Below the pieces are notes generated by a model. That model had not been told where the DNA came from and ran no database searches. It saw nothing but the letters and a program-made list of their open reading frames with translations. The position numbers and the translations under genes are program-made. Shown one piece after another: positions 28,532 through 36,319 of a stretch of 64,000 bases of DNA; the first letter of the stretch is position 1, and each line of letters starts with the position of its first letter. Source of the stretch: Candidatus Omnitrophota bacterium (lineage in GTDB: Bacteria; Omnitrophota; Gorgyraeia; Duberdicusellales; 4484-171); the NCBI GenBank assembly GCA_021735655.1, contig JAIPGM010000002.1, positions 32,001 through 96,000 on the forward strand, in the 5' to 3' direction.

Positions 28532-29134
28532 ATGAAAAAATCATTTACTCTCATTGAACTAATTGTAGTCATAGCTATCATTGCTATCCTTGCTGCAATC
28601 ATTGCTCCCAATGCCTTTCGTGCCATTGAGAAAGCTAAAATTACAAAAACCATTGCTGATCTAAAAGCCATAAAAACTGCCATTGGGGCTATGTATGCTG
28701 ATACTGGAAAATTTCCCAGCGGCTGTATTGCCTTTACCGTCAATGACCCTGAAGTTAATTTAGATACGGCACAGGCAGGGTTGGTATCCGAACCTCCGGT
28801 TGGAATTTTTACTGGCGCTACCGGCGGCACTTGTGAGTGGACCCAAGCTAATGTCAATTCTTGGGATGGTCCTTACCTTGAAAGCGGGCAAGTAAAGGAT
28901 GTTTGGCATTCAGCATATCATTATGACCCTGATTATTATTATTGCATAAATGGATATTTAAGCCCAGCTGGAGACGGGCCAATAACTAATTGCGGTGACG
29001 CTCCGGTAGCTCAAACTTGTCTAGAGGTATGCGGCGGCGCCTTTAACTGTGGCTTTCCAGTAATACAATCATTTGGCCCTGACAAAAGCGGTTATGGTTG
29101 TGATGATATTATAGTAAAAATGACACTCAATTAG
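28532..29134 (+). CDS. GspG-like pseudopilin paralog 3 (Cys-rich C-terminus)
   Basis: Start MKKSFTLIEL at 28532. WDGPYLE and the C-terminal SFGPDKSGYGCDDIIVK motif are shared with the 43503 paralog. Confidence 0.8.
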   Translation: MKKSFTLIELIVVIAIIAILAAIIAPNAFRAIEKAKITKTIADLKAIKTAIGAMYADTGKFPSGCIAFTVNDPEVNLDTAQAGLVSEPPVGIFTGATGGTCEWTQANVNSWDGPYLESGQVKDVWHSAYHYDPDYYYCINGYLSPAGDGPITNCGDAPVAQTCLEVCGGAFNCGFPVIQSFGPDKSGYGCDDIIVKMTLN

Positions 29135-29282
29135 TGAAAAATAAATAGATAATTAACCACTTTTCCAATCCCAATCAACCCAAAACCGACTATTTCCTTT
29201 CCGTTTGACCACTTTTTACCAAGATGGTTGACAGTTTGGTTGACATCTTACGCTTAACTACTTGAGCCATAATAGTTTTAAT

Positions 29283-29463
29283 AGGACGCATGGTTCTTAG
29301 TCATGAGACACCGGTTCGAACTCGCAATTATTTAGGTTTTTACCTCTCGAGTCCATGAGTACGCCGAAGGCGTACGAATGAATCCTTCCGCCTGCGGACT
29401 AAAGTCCTCGGCGGAATCCCGCCGAATCCGCCAAAGGCAGATGCAGGCGGGAGGTTGGGGCTA
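29283..29463 (+). pseudogene. tRNA remnant (3' two-thirds of the tRNA-Glu-like gene, anticodon loop now TTCTTAG) interrupted by a ~128-nt GC-rich structured insertion
   Basis: 29283-29320 AGGACgCATGGTTCTtAGtCATGAGACACCGGTTCGAA aligns with 27159-27196 of the tRNA-Glu. The tRNA 3' end GGTTGGGGCTA plus similar T-rich downstream sequence reappears at 29453-29477. No matching 5' acceptor strand is present. The intervening 29325-29452 folds into at least three GC hairpins (GTACGCC-GAA-GGCGTAC, TTCCGCC..GGACTAAAGTCC..GGCGGAA, CCCGCC..GGCGGG). Confidence 0.55.
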
Positions 29464-29619
29464 TTTGTTTTCATTTTTTCTTCAGAATTTTAGTAAATCC
29501 CATACGAATTAGTTTTCTATCTTTAAGGATGAGGCCAGGCTATATTTTGAGGTGGCATAAGAGTCAGCTGATGATATAATATGCTTAGTTCTAGAAGCAG
29601 TACATAAAGGGAGTAAAAG

Positions 29620-30543
29620 ATGAAAAAAGTAATCGTTGCGACAACAATACAAAACCCTACAGAAGCTATTGAAAAATTTGATAGTTTGAAGGAATGGACG
29701 CTTATTGTAGTAGGAGACTTAAAAACTCCAGAAAGTTATAAATTAGAAAATGGTATGTATTTCTCTCCCCAGGAGCAAGAAAAATATGATCAAGAGCTTT
29801 CTGATTTAATTGGCTGGAATACCCACGCGAGGAGAAATTTCGGCCATCTATTAGCAAAAGACATGGGTGCGGATGTTATTGCATGTGTGGATGATGACAA
29901 TATTCCGTATAATACATGGGGAAAAGACATTTTTATAGGAAAAGTTGTAGAGGCTAATTACTATGAATCTGACCTCGAGGCTTTTGACCCTGTAGGCGCT
30001 ACTAATCACCCTTACTTATGGCATAGAGGTTTTCCTATTCAGCTAATAAATAAAAGGGATTATAGTAAAAAAATAAAAAAGAAAATAAAAGTAGATATCC
30101 AAGCAGATTTTTGGAACGGTGATCCGGATATAGATGCTATATGCCGAATGATTTATAAATCGGAGGTTAGCTTCGAAGAACAGTATTTTCCTATAGCGTC
30201 TAACAAGCCGTCTCCTTTTAATTCGCAAAATACATTTATTGCGAAAGATGTCCTTCCATATTGTTTTTTTCTTCCACATATTACGCCACTTGGAAGACAG
30301 AGTGATATAGGGATCTCTTATCACTTAGCATCGCTGGGATATAATGTTATATATTGCAAGCCGTCTGTTTATCAGGCTAGAAACACACACAACTTAACTA
30401 TAGATATGGAGGATGAGTTTAAGGGATATATGAGCAATATAGATATCGTAAGAGCTATAGGCAATGGAACGTATAAGAAAGAAGACTTCTGGCCTGAACA
30501 GACATGCGCAGCATATGAGGTTTATCAGAGGAGATTTAAGTGA
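29620..30543 (+). CDS. GT75-like protein (reversibly glycosylated polypeptide / UDP-arabinopyranose mutase family homolog)
   Basis: By-eye alignment with plant RGP1. IVATTIQNP...LIVVGD resembles IVIPTIRN...IIVQDGD. DVIACVDDDNIP resembles YIFTIDDDCF. HRGFPIQL...DFWNGDPDIDA resembles RGYPFSLREGV...GLWLNIPDYDA. RQSDIGISYHLASLGYNV...NTHN resembles RYDDMWAGW..HLGLGVK...SNP. A TATAAT -10 and AAGGGAG RBS lie upstream. The gene is A+T-rich. Confidence 0.45.
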   Translation: MKKVIVATTIQNPTEAIEKFDSLKEWTLIVVGDLKTPESYKLENGMYFSPQEQEKYDQELSDLIGWNTHARRNFGHLLAKDMGADVIACVDDDNIPYNTWGKDIFIGKVVEANYYESDLEAFDPVGATNHPYLWHRGFPIQLINKRDYSKKIKKKIKVDIQADFWNGDPDIDAICRMIYKSEVSFEEQYFPIASNKPSPFNSQNTFIAKDVLPYCFFLPHITPLGRQSDIGISYHLASLGYNVIYCKPSVYQARNTHNLTIDMEDEFKGYMSNIDIVRAIGNGTYKKEDFWPEQTCAAYEVYQRRFK

Positions 30544-31460
30544 AGAATAGCAACGATACAAAAATCAATAATTCACTTTCCGGCATACTTTGTTGTATAA
30601 ATTTCAACGAAGTGCACTACGACAATATAGAATTTTTAAAAGATTTGTATAGCAATTTTGTTGATGTAGTTTTTTACGGGCCAGAGCGGAAGCAGGGGTT
30701 CGAAGTAAATCAATTATGCCACCATCGTGGCTATTTTAGTTATGCAGTGATATTAGACGCAATTAAAAAATTTCCAGATTACAATGGATATATATTTGTT
30801 AATGATGATTGTATCATGAATATATGGCAATTCATAAATAAAGACAAGACTAAAGTATGGTTGCAGCCGTTTCATTCTAAAGTTAATCGCCATGATTATA
30901 AAGAAAGCACATGGTTTTGGCTGAATGAGCCATGCGGTATCTCTGCTTATGGTAAAGCTTTCTTGCAAATCCCGCGTAGATACCGTGAAAGGCTTAAATC
31001 GTCATTTGGGTCTGAAGATGCTGTGATTTGTGGACCTGCTGATTGTTTTTATTTGCCCAAAAGACGGATAAATGATTTTGCTTCCTTGTTTGATATATAT
31101 TTTTCCAACAGGGTGTTTACTGAAATAGCGGTGCCTACTGGCCTATACGCAATCGAAGATAAGGCACAAATTACAGTTTTCAAGGGTCATGACAGAGTGA
31201 CATTTCCTTTGTCATTTATTCCTTATGACCTAAAAGCAAAAATATTCTACAGAGGAGAGTTGGACTTATACCATCCTTTAAAATTGTCTAATTCTAAAAT
31301 GAGATCTATGGTTAAAAATATGTTTAATGTATATCTTTTTCAAAGAAATAAATTTTTTTCAAAAATTTTAAGATTATGCGATTTGCTACGTCCTTTTATT
31401 TGGTTTTGGGCATATATGTATATGATTCAGGGGAGATTTTTGAGAAAGATTCGTTATTGA
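30540..31460 (+). CDS. putative GT-A-fold nucleotide-sugar transferase (hydrophobic-DDx motif YIFVNDDC), unknown family
   Basis: 306 aa. Its start overlaps the stop of the GT75-like gene, indicating an operon. The DxD-like motif is preceded by a beta-strand-like hydrophobic run. No confident family assignment. Confidence 0.3.
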   Translation: MKNSNDTKINNSLSGILCCINFNEVHYDNIEFLKDLYSNFVDVVFYGPERKQGFEVNQLCHHRGYFSYAVILDAIKKFPDYNGYIFVNDDCIMNIWQFINKDKTKVWLQPFHSKVNRHDYKESTWFWLNEPCGISAYGKAFLQIPRRYRERLKSSFGSEDAVICGPADCFYLPKRRINDFASLFDIYFSNRVFTEIAVPTGLYAIEDKAQITVFKGHDRVTFPLSFIPYDLKAKIFYRGELDLYHPLKLSNSKMRSMVKNMFNVYLFQRNKFFSKILRLCDLLRPFIWFWAYMYMIQGRFLRKIRY

Positions 31461-31537
31461 AAAGTTATATGAGAAAGTAGAAGCAAACTGTTAACTTATA
31501 GTTTCGTGATATAATTTTAAGCAGAGGAGGTACCCTA

Positions 31538-31657
31538 TGAAAAAATCATTCACCCTCATCGAACCAATAGTAGTCATTGCTATTATTGCAGCAATCATCG
31601 CCCCTAATGCGTTTAAAGCTATTGAAAAAGCAGAGGAAGTAAAATGTCCACTTGGTG
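31538..31657 (+). pseudogene. truncated pseudopilin gene fragment (39 codons)
   Basis: MKKSFTLIEPIVVIAIIA-AIIAPNAFKAIEKAEEV... is the conserved prepilin N-terminus with a 3-codon in-frame deletion and L->P change, then an early stop. It retains a GATATAAT -10 and GGAGG RBS. Confidence 0.6.
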
Positions 31658-31846
31658 GCAAGATAAGAATCTAGGAGGTAGGTGGTATTGGAAATTAATA
31701 TTAATGGTGCTATTTGTTGGTATTGCTGTACGAATCATTATTAGCATATCAATAAGATAACAGGTGATTTAATTTTATAGTATTTTTTTATTATGAAGTT
31801 GTTGATAACGGCTGGTCTATTTTTAATCGGATTCACAACTAGTCAT

Positions 31847-31875
31847 AAAAAATCCCGCCCTTTTACAGGCGGGAT
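31847..31875 (-). terminator. rho-independent terminator for the minus-strand PilZ gene
   Basis: 8-bp stem ATCCCGCC/GGCGGGAT (31852-31859 / 31868-31875) with an 8-nt loop. On the minus strand it is followed by U5 (complement of AAAAA 31847-31851), 27 nt beyond the PilZ stop. Confidence 0.6.
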
Positions 31876-31901
31876 CTATAGAGTAGAAAGTTATTTCTTA
31901 G

Positions 31902-32258
31902 TTATTCTTTCAAAAGATAAAATCGGATATGATCCAGAATCTGTTTTTTTGAATCCTGGCTGATCTTTCGAAATTTCATGCCTATCAAATAAGGATAGTT
32001 GCGATCGTTAGTCTCGTTTCTCCTTACTACCTCGGCAGTAGCGATGATAGGTTCTTTTTTCTCAGGAACATATATGCTTAGGTCCATTCTCTCACCTATG
32101 TCTAACTTATAAGGGGTCATTAAGCATATCCCGTCTTCGGAAATATCCTCACTCAAGGCATTGTGCTCAAATAGGTATTTAACCGGACAGCGAAATACGT
32201 TTAATTTTGCTTTAAGTCTGAAGTGTTTTCTTTCATTAACTCTCATGGTTGCCTCCAT
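31902..32258 (-). CDS. PilZ-domain c-di-GMP binding protein
   Basis: RxxxR (RKHFR) and DxSxxG (DISEDG) PilZ motifs with correct spacing. GGAGG RBS. 118 aa single-domain protein. Confidence 0.75.
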   Translation of the reverse strand: MEATMRVNERKHFRLKAKLNVFRCPVKYLFEHNALSEDISEDGICLMTPYKLDIGERMDLSIYVPEKKEPIIATAEVVRRNETNDRNYPYLIGMKFRKISQDSKKQILDHIRFYLLKE

Positions 32259-32425
32259 GTTTTGGCCTTAATCCTTTTGGCCTCACCTTAACCATAACAT
32301 ATAAGTTGATGATTTTTAAGGGAAAGGAGAGCCTCTAGCTTGAAGCGTTTACAGGTAAATTTTGCCTGTAAAATAAGGGATAATTGCTAAATTTTGAGCT
32401 AACCTATTGAGATAAGAAATAATTT

Positions 32426-32758
32426 TTACCAGCGGTTTAATACCTTTTGCTGGTCTTGAAACTTTTTATTGAGGGATTCTGCGGTATTTTCACTACGTTT
32501 GAGTAATGTCTGATATTCTGAGGAACCGATGTTCTCAGCTGAAGGGTTGGCTTCGTCATTTTTGTTAAAAAAATCTTTCCTGAGATAGAGCTTATTCATG
32601 ATAAGGAGGATGAGAGCGGAGATAATCGTGAAAGTTACAACAATGCTGATTAGGCTAGCAAAACCTTTTTTACCATACATAAGGATAAATTTTGGCTGCA
32701 GCAGGAGGCACTCCACCAACCACGGGAGAGGTAGTAAGCCTTTACCTGCCACAACCAC
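32426..32758 (-). CDS. small membrane protein (possible true start at Met27, 32680)
   Basis: Hydrophobic segment KKGFASLISIVVTFTIISALILLIM is loosely prepilin-like but lacks Glu5. No family recognised. Confidence 0.35.
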   Translation of the reverse strand: MVVAGKGLLPLPWLVECLLLQPKFILMYGKKGFASLISIVVTFTIISALILLIMNKLYLRKDFFNKNDEANPSAENIGSSEYQTLLKRSENTAESLNKKFQDQQKVLNRW

Positions 32759-32813
32759 TCCTGAATATATCCATTATAACTTAATAATTATAAAATTGAA
32801 AGCATAAGATAAT

Positions 32814-32844
32814 AAAAAAAGAGAGGTTTCTACCTCTCTTTTTT
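32814..32844. terminator. bidirectional rho-independent terminator (A7 - GAGAGGT-TTCT-ACCTCTC - T6)
   Basis: 7-bp perfect stem with a tetraloop at 32821-32838, flanked by A-run 32814-32820 and T-run 32839-32844. On the minus strand it terminates the small-lipoprotein transcript. Confidence 0.6.
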
Positions 32845-32976
32845 GGAAAACCTCTCCCGTGGCTGGTGGATCCTCCTACTTCATTTATACAATGTTAAAC
32901 GTTGAGTTTCAAGGGTTTGGGAGGTTAACTTTGGAAACGCTTCCAGGGGATAGGTTGTTTTAGTGAGAAGATTATC

Positions 32977-33156
32977 TTAGTTAAATTGTTGTTTTTGTTT
33001 TGATCTGGAGCGGAGTTTTTTGTATTGATATTTACTGAGCTTGCCTTGCTTGTAATAGCTTTTTAGGAATTGAGATTCTTCAGTATAAGGGCTTTTTTGA
33101 GACTTACATCCGAATAGAAATGTGAGGGTTAAGAAGAGTAAGATTAGGCGTACCAT
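32977..33156 (-). CDS. small lipoprotein (59 aa), not in ORF track
   Basis: Hand-translated from the minus strand: MVRLILLFLTLTFLFGCKSQKSPYTEESQFLKSYYKQGKLSKYQYKK... It has a signal peptide with lipobox LFGC. Confidence 0.4.
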   Translation of the reverse strand: MVRLILLFLTLTFLFGCKSQKSPYTEESQFLKSYYKQGKLSKYQYKKLRSRSKQKQQFN

Positions 33157-33165
33157 ACTTGGCGG

Positions 33166-33354
33166 TTACCACCCAGGATCCATTATCTTGGTAAAGATTT
33201 TCTTCAGTTCTTTACCTCTTTCTGCATGAATGAGGTTATTCTTTACCCGTTGGCCCTTAGTTAGTCCTTTTAGGCGATAGTCATCATGTATACGGCTTGG
33301 TCCGCAACCAACTAAAATAACAGTTATAGAGATAAGCAAGATTACCTTTTCCAT
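33166..33354 (-). CDS. small lipoprotein (62 aa)
   Basis: MEKVILLISITVILVGCGPSR... has a signal peptide with lipobox LVGC. It is tandem with the previous small lipoprotein and divergent from hisF. Confidence 0.45.
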   Translation of the reverse strand: MEKVILLISITVILVGCGPSRIHDDYRLKGLTKGQRVKNNLIHAERGKELKKIFTKIMDPGW

Positions 33355-33430
33355 TGAGTTATTATACCATAAATGGGTTTATTTTCTAACTTGTTTTGAT
33401 TTTTTAGGAGTTGTGGTATAATTTTAGCTT

Positions 33431-34192
33431 ATGTTAGCAAAAAGGATCATTCCCTGTCTTGATATAAAGGATGGCCGAGTCGTAAAAGGGGTTAATTTTA
33501 TTAACCTACGCGATGCTGGAGACCCGGTAGAGAATGCCCATATTTACGAGAAAGAGGGAGCTGATGAGTTGGTATTTTTGGACATTACCGCAAGTCCTGA
33601 GAAACGATCAACTACCGTAGAATTGGTTCGTCGGGTGGCTGAGGTTGTGTTTATGCCTTTTACCGTCGGTGGTGGGGTAAGAACTGTTAGCGATATCCGT
33701 AAACTTCTTTTAGCTGGAGCAGAAAAAGTATCTTTGAATACCGCGGCAGTTAAAAATCCTCAGATTATTAGTGATGCTAGTGGAGTTTTTGGGGGTCAAT
33801 GTATTGTTGTGGCTATCGATGCAAAGCTAAATTCAAAAACTAATAAGTGGGAAGTCTATGTGAATGGTGGTCGGACTCCGACCGGTTTAGATGTTTTAAG
33901 GTGGGCGAAAAAGGTCGAAAGATTGGGAGCCGGTGAAATTCTTCTTACCAGCATGGATTTTGACGGGACTAAGGAAGGCTTTGATATAGTTTTAACTAAG
34001 GCAGTATCCGAAAGCGTGAATATCCCGGTGATTGCTTCTGGTGGCGCTGGTAGACTTAAAGATTTTTTTGAAGTTTTTGAAAAGACTAAGGCTACTGCTG
34101 GGCTGGCAGCTTCAATATTTCACTATAGAGAGATTGAAATCGGCGAAATTAAAAAATATTTGCAAAAAAAAGGGGTGACGGTGAGAGTATGA
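33431..34192 (+). CDS. hisF: imidazole glycerol phosphate synthase cyclase subunit
   Basis: [20 protein letters not shown]...full-length HisF TIM-barrel similarity. Confidence 0.93.
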   Translation: MLAKRIIPCLDIKDGRVVKGVNFINLRDAGDPVENAHIYEKEGADELVFLDITASPEKRSTTVELVRRVAEVVFMPFTVGGGVRTVSDIRKLLLAGAEKVSLNTAAVKNPQIISDASGVFGGQCIVVAIDAKLNSKTNKWEVYVNGGRTPTGLDVLRWAKKVERLGAGEILLTSMDFDGTKEGFDIVLTKAVSESVNIPVIASGGAGRLKDFFEVFEKTKATAGLAASIFHYREIEIGEIKKYLQKKGVTVRV

Positions 34193-34551
34193 TAAAAAAA
34201 GCTAGAGTAAAAAGCCGAAAAACCAAAAGCAAACGCTTGATAATTCCGAGTCTTAAATTTGATAAGAATGGGTTAATTCCGGCAATTGTTCAGGATAAAA
34301 AAAGCGGCGATGTTTTAATGGTTGCTTATATGAACAAGGAGTCTTTGAAAATTACCTTAAAAGAAAAAAGAACCTGTTTTTACTCTCGTTCACGAAAAGT
34401 CCTTTGGAGAAAGGGGGAGACTAGCGGGCATATTCAGAAAGTTAAAGGTGTTTATTATGATTGTGATAAAGACGCTCTTTTAATAAAAGTAGAGCAGCAC
34501 GGCGTGGCTTGCCATACAGGTTCCTGGAGTTGTTTTTACCGAAAGATATAG
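34189..34551 (+). CDS. hisI: phosphoribosyl-AMP cyclohydrolase
   Basis: ..[10 protein letters not shown]...[25 protein letters not shown] matches HisI. Confidence 0.85.
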   Translation: MIKKARVKSRKTKSKRLIIPSLKFDKNGLIPAIVQDKKSGDVLMVAYMNKESLKITLKEKRTCFYSRSRKVLWRKGETSGHIQKVKGVYYDCDKDALLIKVEQHGVACHTGSWSCFYRKI

Positions 34552-34572
34552 GTTTATTTTTAGCGATAAATT

Positions 34573-36042
34573 ATGAGGATAAGTCCAACTTTAAAGCAGT
34601 TTAAGAGATTCGCTAAGGAAAACAATCTTATTGTTTTTTCCGAGAAGTTTTCTACTGGTCGGCTGACGCCGCTATCGGTCTATCATAGTTTAGCTAGAAA
34701 AATTAAAGGCGAAAGCTTTCTTTTGGAATCAGTGGAAGGCCAGGGAAAGGTTTGTCGTTATTCATTTTTGGGTTTTGAGCCAATTTGTACCTTTAAAAGC
34801 AAAGGAAAAACAATATATATAACTAAAGGCAAAACCCGTAGCTTTAAAACTAAAAAAGACCCTTGTTATGAGCTTAAACGAATAATGAGCACTTTTAAAG
34901 TTGCCCCTAAGGAGAATTTACGTTTTTTTGGTGGGTTTGTTGGTTATCTTGGTTATGACTTAGTCCGTTTTTATGAGCCGATTGGGAAAAACTTGCCTGA
35001 CTTGCTTAAAGATTATGATACTTATTTAATTCTTCCTAAATTTTTGATTATTTTTGATCACCTAAAGTCTCAGATAGAGATACTTTCTTTTGTGTCGATT
35101 AGCGCAAAAAATAATTTGGTTAAGGTTTATGAAAAGGAAAAGAAAGTTCTCCAGGATTTATACAAGAAAATAGCTAATTGTCGAGAGTTGCCAAAATTGG
35201 CAACCACAGCCTTAAAATTAAAACTTAAGTCTAATTTTAGACAGGAAAATTTTTTGAATGGAGTTAAAAAAGCAAAAGATTATATAAAATCGGGAGAGAT
35301 AATCCAGACCGTTCTTTCACAAAGATTTTCGGTGCCTTTTAAGGGAGATACTTTTAGTGCTTATCGTCAGTTGAGAAAACTTAATCCGTCGCCTTATATG
35401 TTTTATTTAAATTTCGCTAAGGTGAAATTGTGCGGTTCATCGCCGGAGATGCTTTTGCGTTGCGAGAAGAAAACTCTTTTTACCCATCCGATTGCTGGTA
35501 CTCGAAAAAGAGGTCGCAATCGCAATGAGGATGAGTGCCTTGAGAAATCGCTTTTGGCTGACCCTAAGGAAAAGGCCGAGCACATTATGTTGGTGGATTT
35601 GGCGCGAAATGATCTAGGTCGGGTAGCTCAAAGAGCAACAGTTGATGTTTCACGATTCATGCAGGTTGAGCGGTTTTCACATGTTATGCATATTGTTAGT
35701 GAAGTTCGGGCCAAGCTTAAAAAAGATGAAGATATTTTTTCATCTTTGATAAGTTGCTTTCCGGCCGGCACAGTGAGTGGAGCGCCAAAGGTTCGAGCGA
35801 TGCAGATCATCAATGAACTTGAGCCTGATCGGCGAGGAATCTATGCTGGATGTGTAGGATATTTTTCCTTCACAAAAAGCCTAGATACCTGTATAATAAT
35901 CCGCACTATTGTTTTTAAAGGCCAAAAAGCCTATATTCAGGCTGGGGCAGGGATTGTGGCTGATTCAGTACCAGCCAAAGAGTATAAGGAAATTGTTAAT
36001 AAAGCTAAAGCTCAAATATTGGCACTTGAGCTTAGCGGATAG
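34573..36042 (+). CDS. trpE: anthranilate synthase component I family (TrpE/PabB-type chorismate-utilising enzyme)
   Basis: Conserved C-terminal chorismate-binding region (..FPAGTVSGAPKVRAMQII.ELE...RG.YAG.VGYF..). TrpE and PabB cannot be distinguished by eye, and no trpG is adjacent. Confidence 0.75.
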   Translation: MRISPTLKQFKRFAKENNLIVFSEKFSTGRLTPLSVYHSLARKIKGESFLLESVEGQGKVCRYSFLGFEPICTFKSKGKTIYITKGKTRSFKTKKDPCYELKRIMSTFKVAPKENLRFFGGFVGYLGYDLVRFYEPIGKNLPDLLKDYDTYLILPKFLIIFDHLKSQIEILSFVSISAKNNLVKVYEKEKKVLQDLYKKIANCRELPKLATTALKLKLKSNFRQENFLNGVKKAKDYIKSGEIIQTVLSQRFSVPFKGDTFSAYRQLRKLNPSPYMFYLNFAKVKLCGSSPEMLLRCEKKTLFTHPIAGTRKRGRNRNEDECLEKSLLADPKEKAEHIMLVDLARNDLGRVAQRATVDVSRFMQVERFSHVMHIVSEVRAKLKKDEDIFSSLISCFPAGTVSGAPKVRAMQIINELEPDRRGIYAGCVGYFSFTKSLDTCIIIRTIVFKGQKAYIQAGAGIVADSVPAKEYKEIVNKAKAQILALELSG

Positions 36043-36056
36043 GAGGTAGGAGAAAT

Positions 36057-36305
36057 ATGCTTAGAATAAGATTACAGAGGCCAGGGAAATCAGTTAAAGG
36101 TAAGCGTCATTACAAAATAGTAGTTATTGAGCGAGGCAGGGCTCGTGATGCAGGCTTTAAGGCCGAACTCGGTTACTATAATCCGGCAGAGAAGCTACTT
36201 AAGGTGGATATCGATAAGTATGACGCTTGGTTTAAGAAAGGAGCTCAGCCTACAGAGACTGTGGCTTCACTGTATAAAAAATATAAGAAGATAGATAAAA
36301 AGTAA
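36057..36305 (+). CDS. rpsP: 30S ribosomal protein S16
   Basis: MLRIRLQRPGKSVKGKRHYKIVV...GYYNP pattern of bS16. Confidence 0.85.
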   Translation: MLRIRLQRPGKSVKGKRHYKIVVIERGRARDAGFKAELGYYNPAEKLLKVDIDKYDAWFKKGAQPTETVASLYKKYKKIDKK

Positions 36306-36319
36306 TTTAGGAGGGTAAA

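Noticed and set aside
27263-29134. Pilin loci as an antigenic-variation (pilE/pilS-like) gene-conversion system or DGR target
   Set aside because: The conserved N-terminal coding segments differ at many synonymous positions between copies. This argues against recent cassette exchange. No reverse transcriptase or template repeat is present.
29325-29452. Possibility that the GC-rich insert is the SRP (4.5S/Ffs) RNA
   Set aside because: It contains CCAAAGGCAGATGCAGG, reminiscent of E. coli 4.5S CCAAGGCAGAUGACG. However, it lacks the conserved GGAA-tetraloop domain IV arrangement and the terminal helix. It folds as three separate hairpins rather than one long helix. The partial match is judged coincidental pending an Rfam scan.
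32598-32807. 69-aa plus-strand ORF opposite the minus-strand membrane-protein gene
   Set aside because: It overlaps the minus-strand CDS antisense. It has no RBS, and its composition reflects the mirror of hydrophobic codons.
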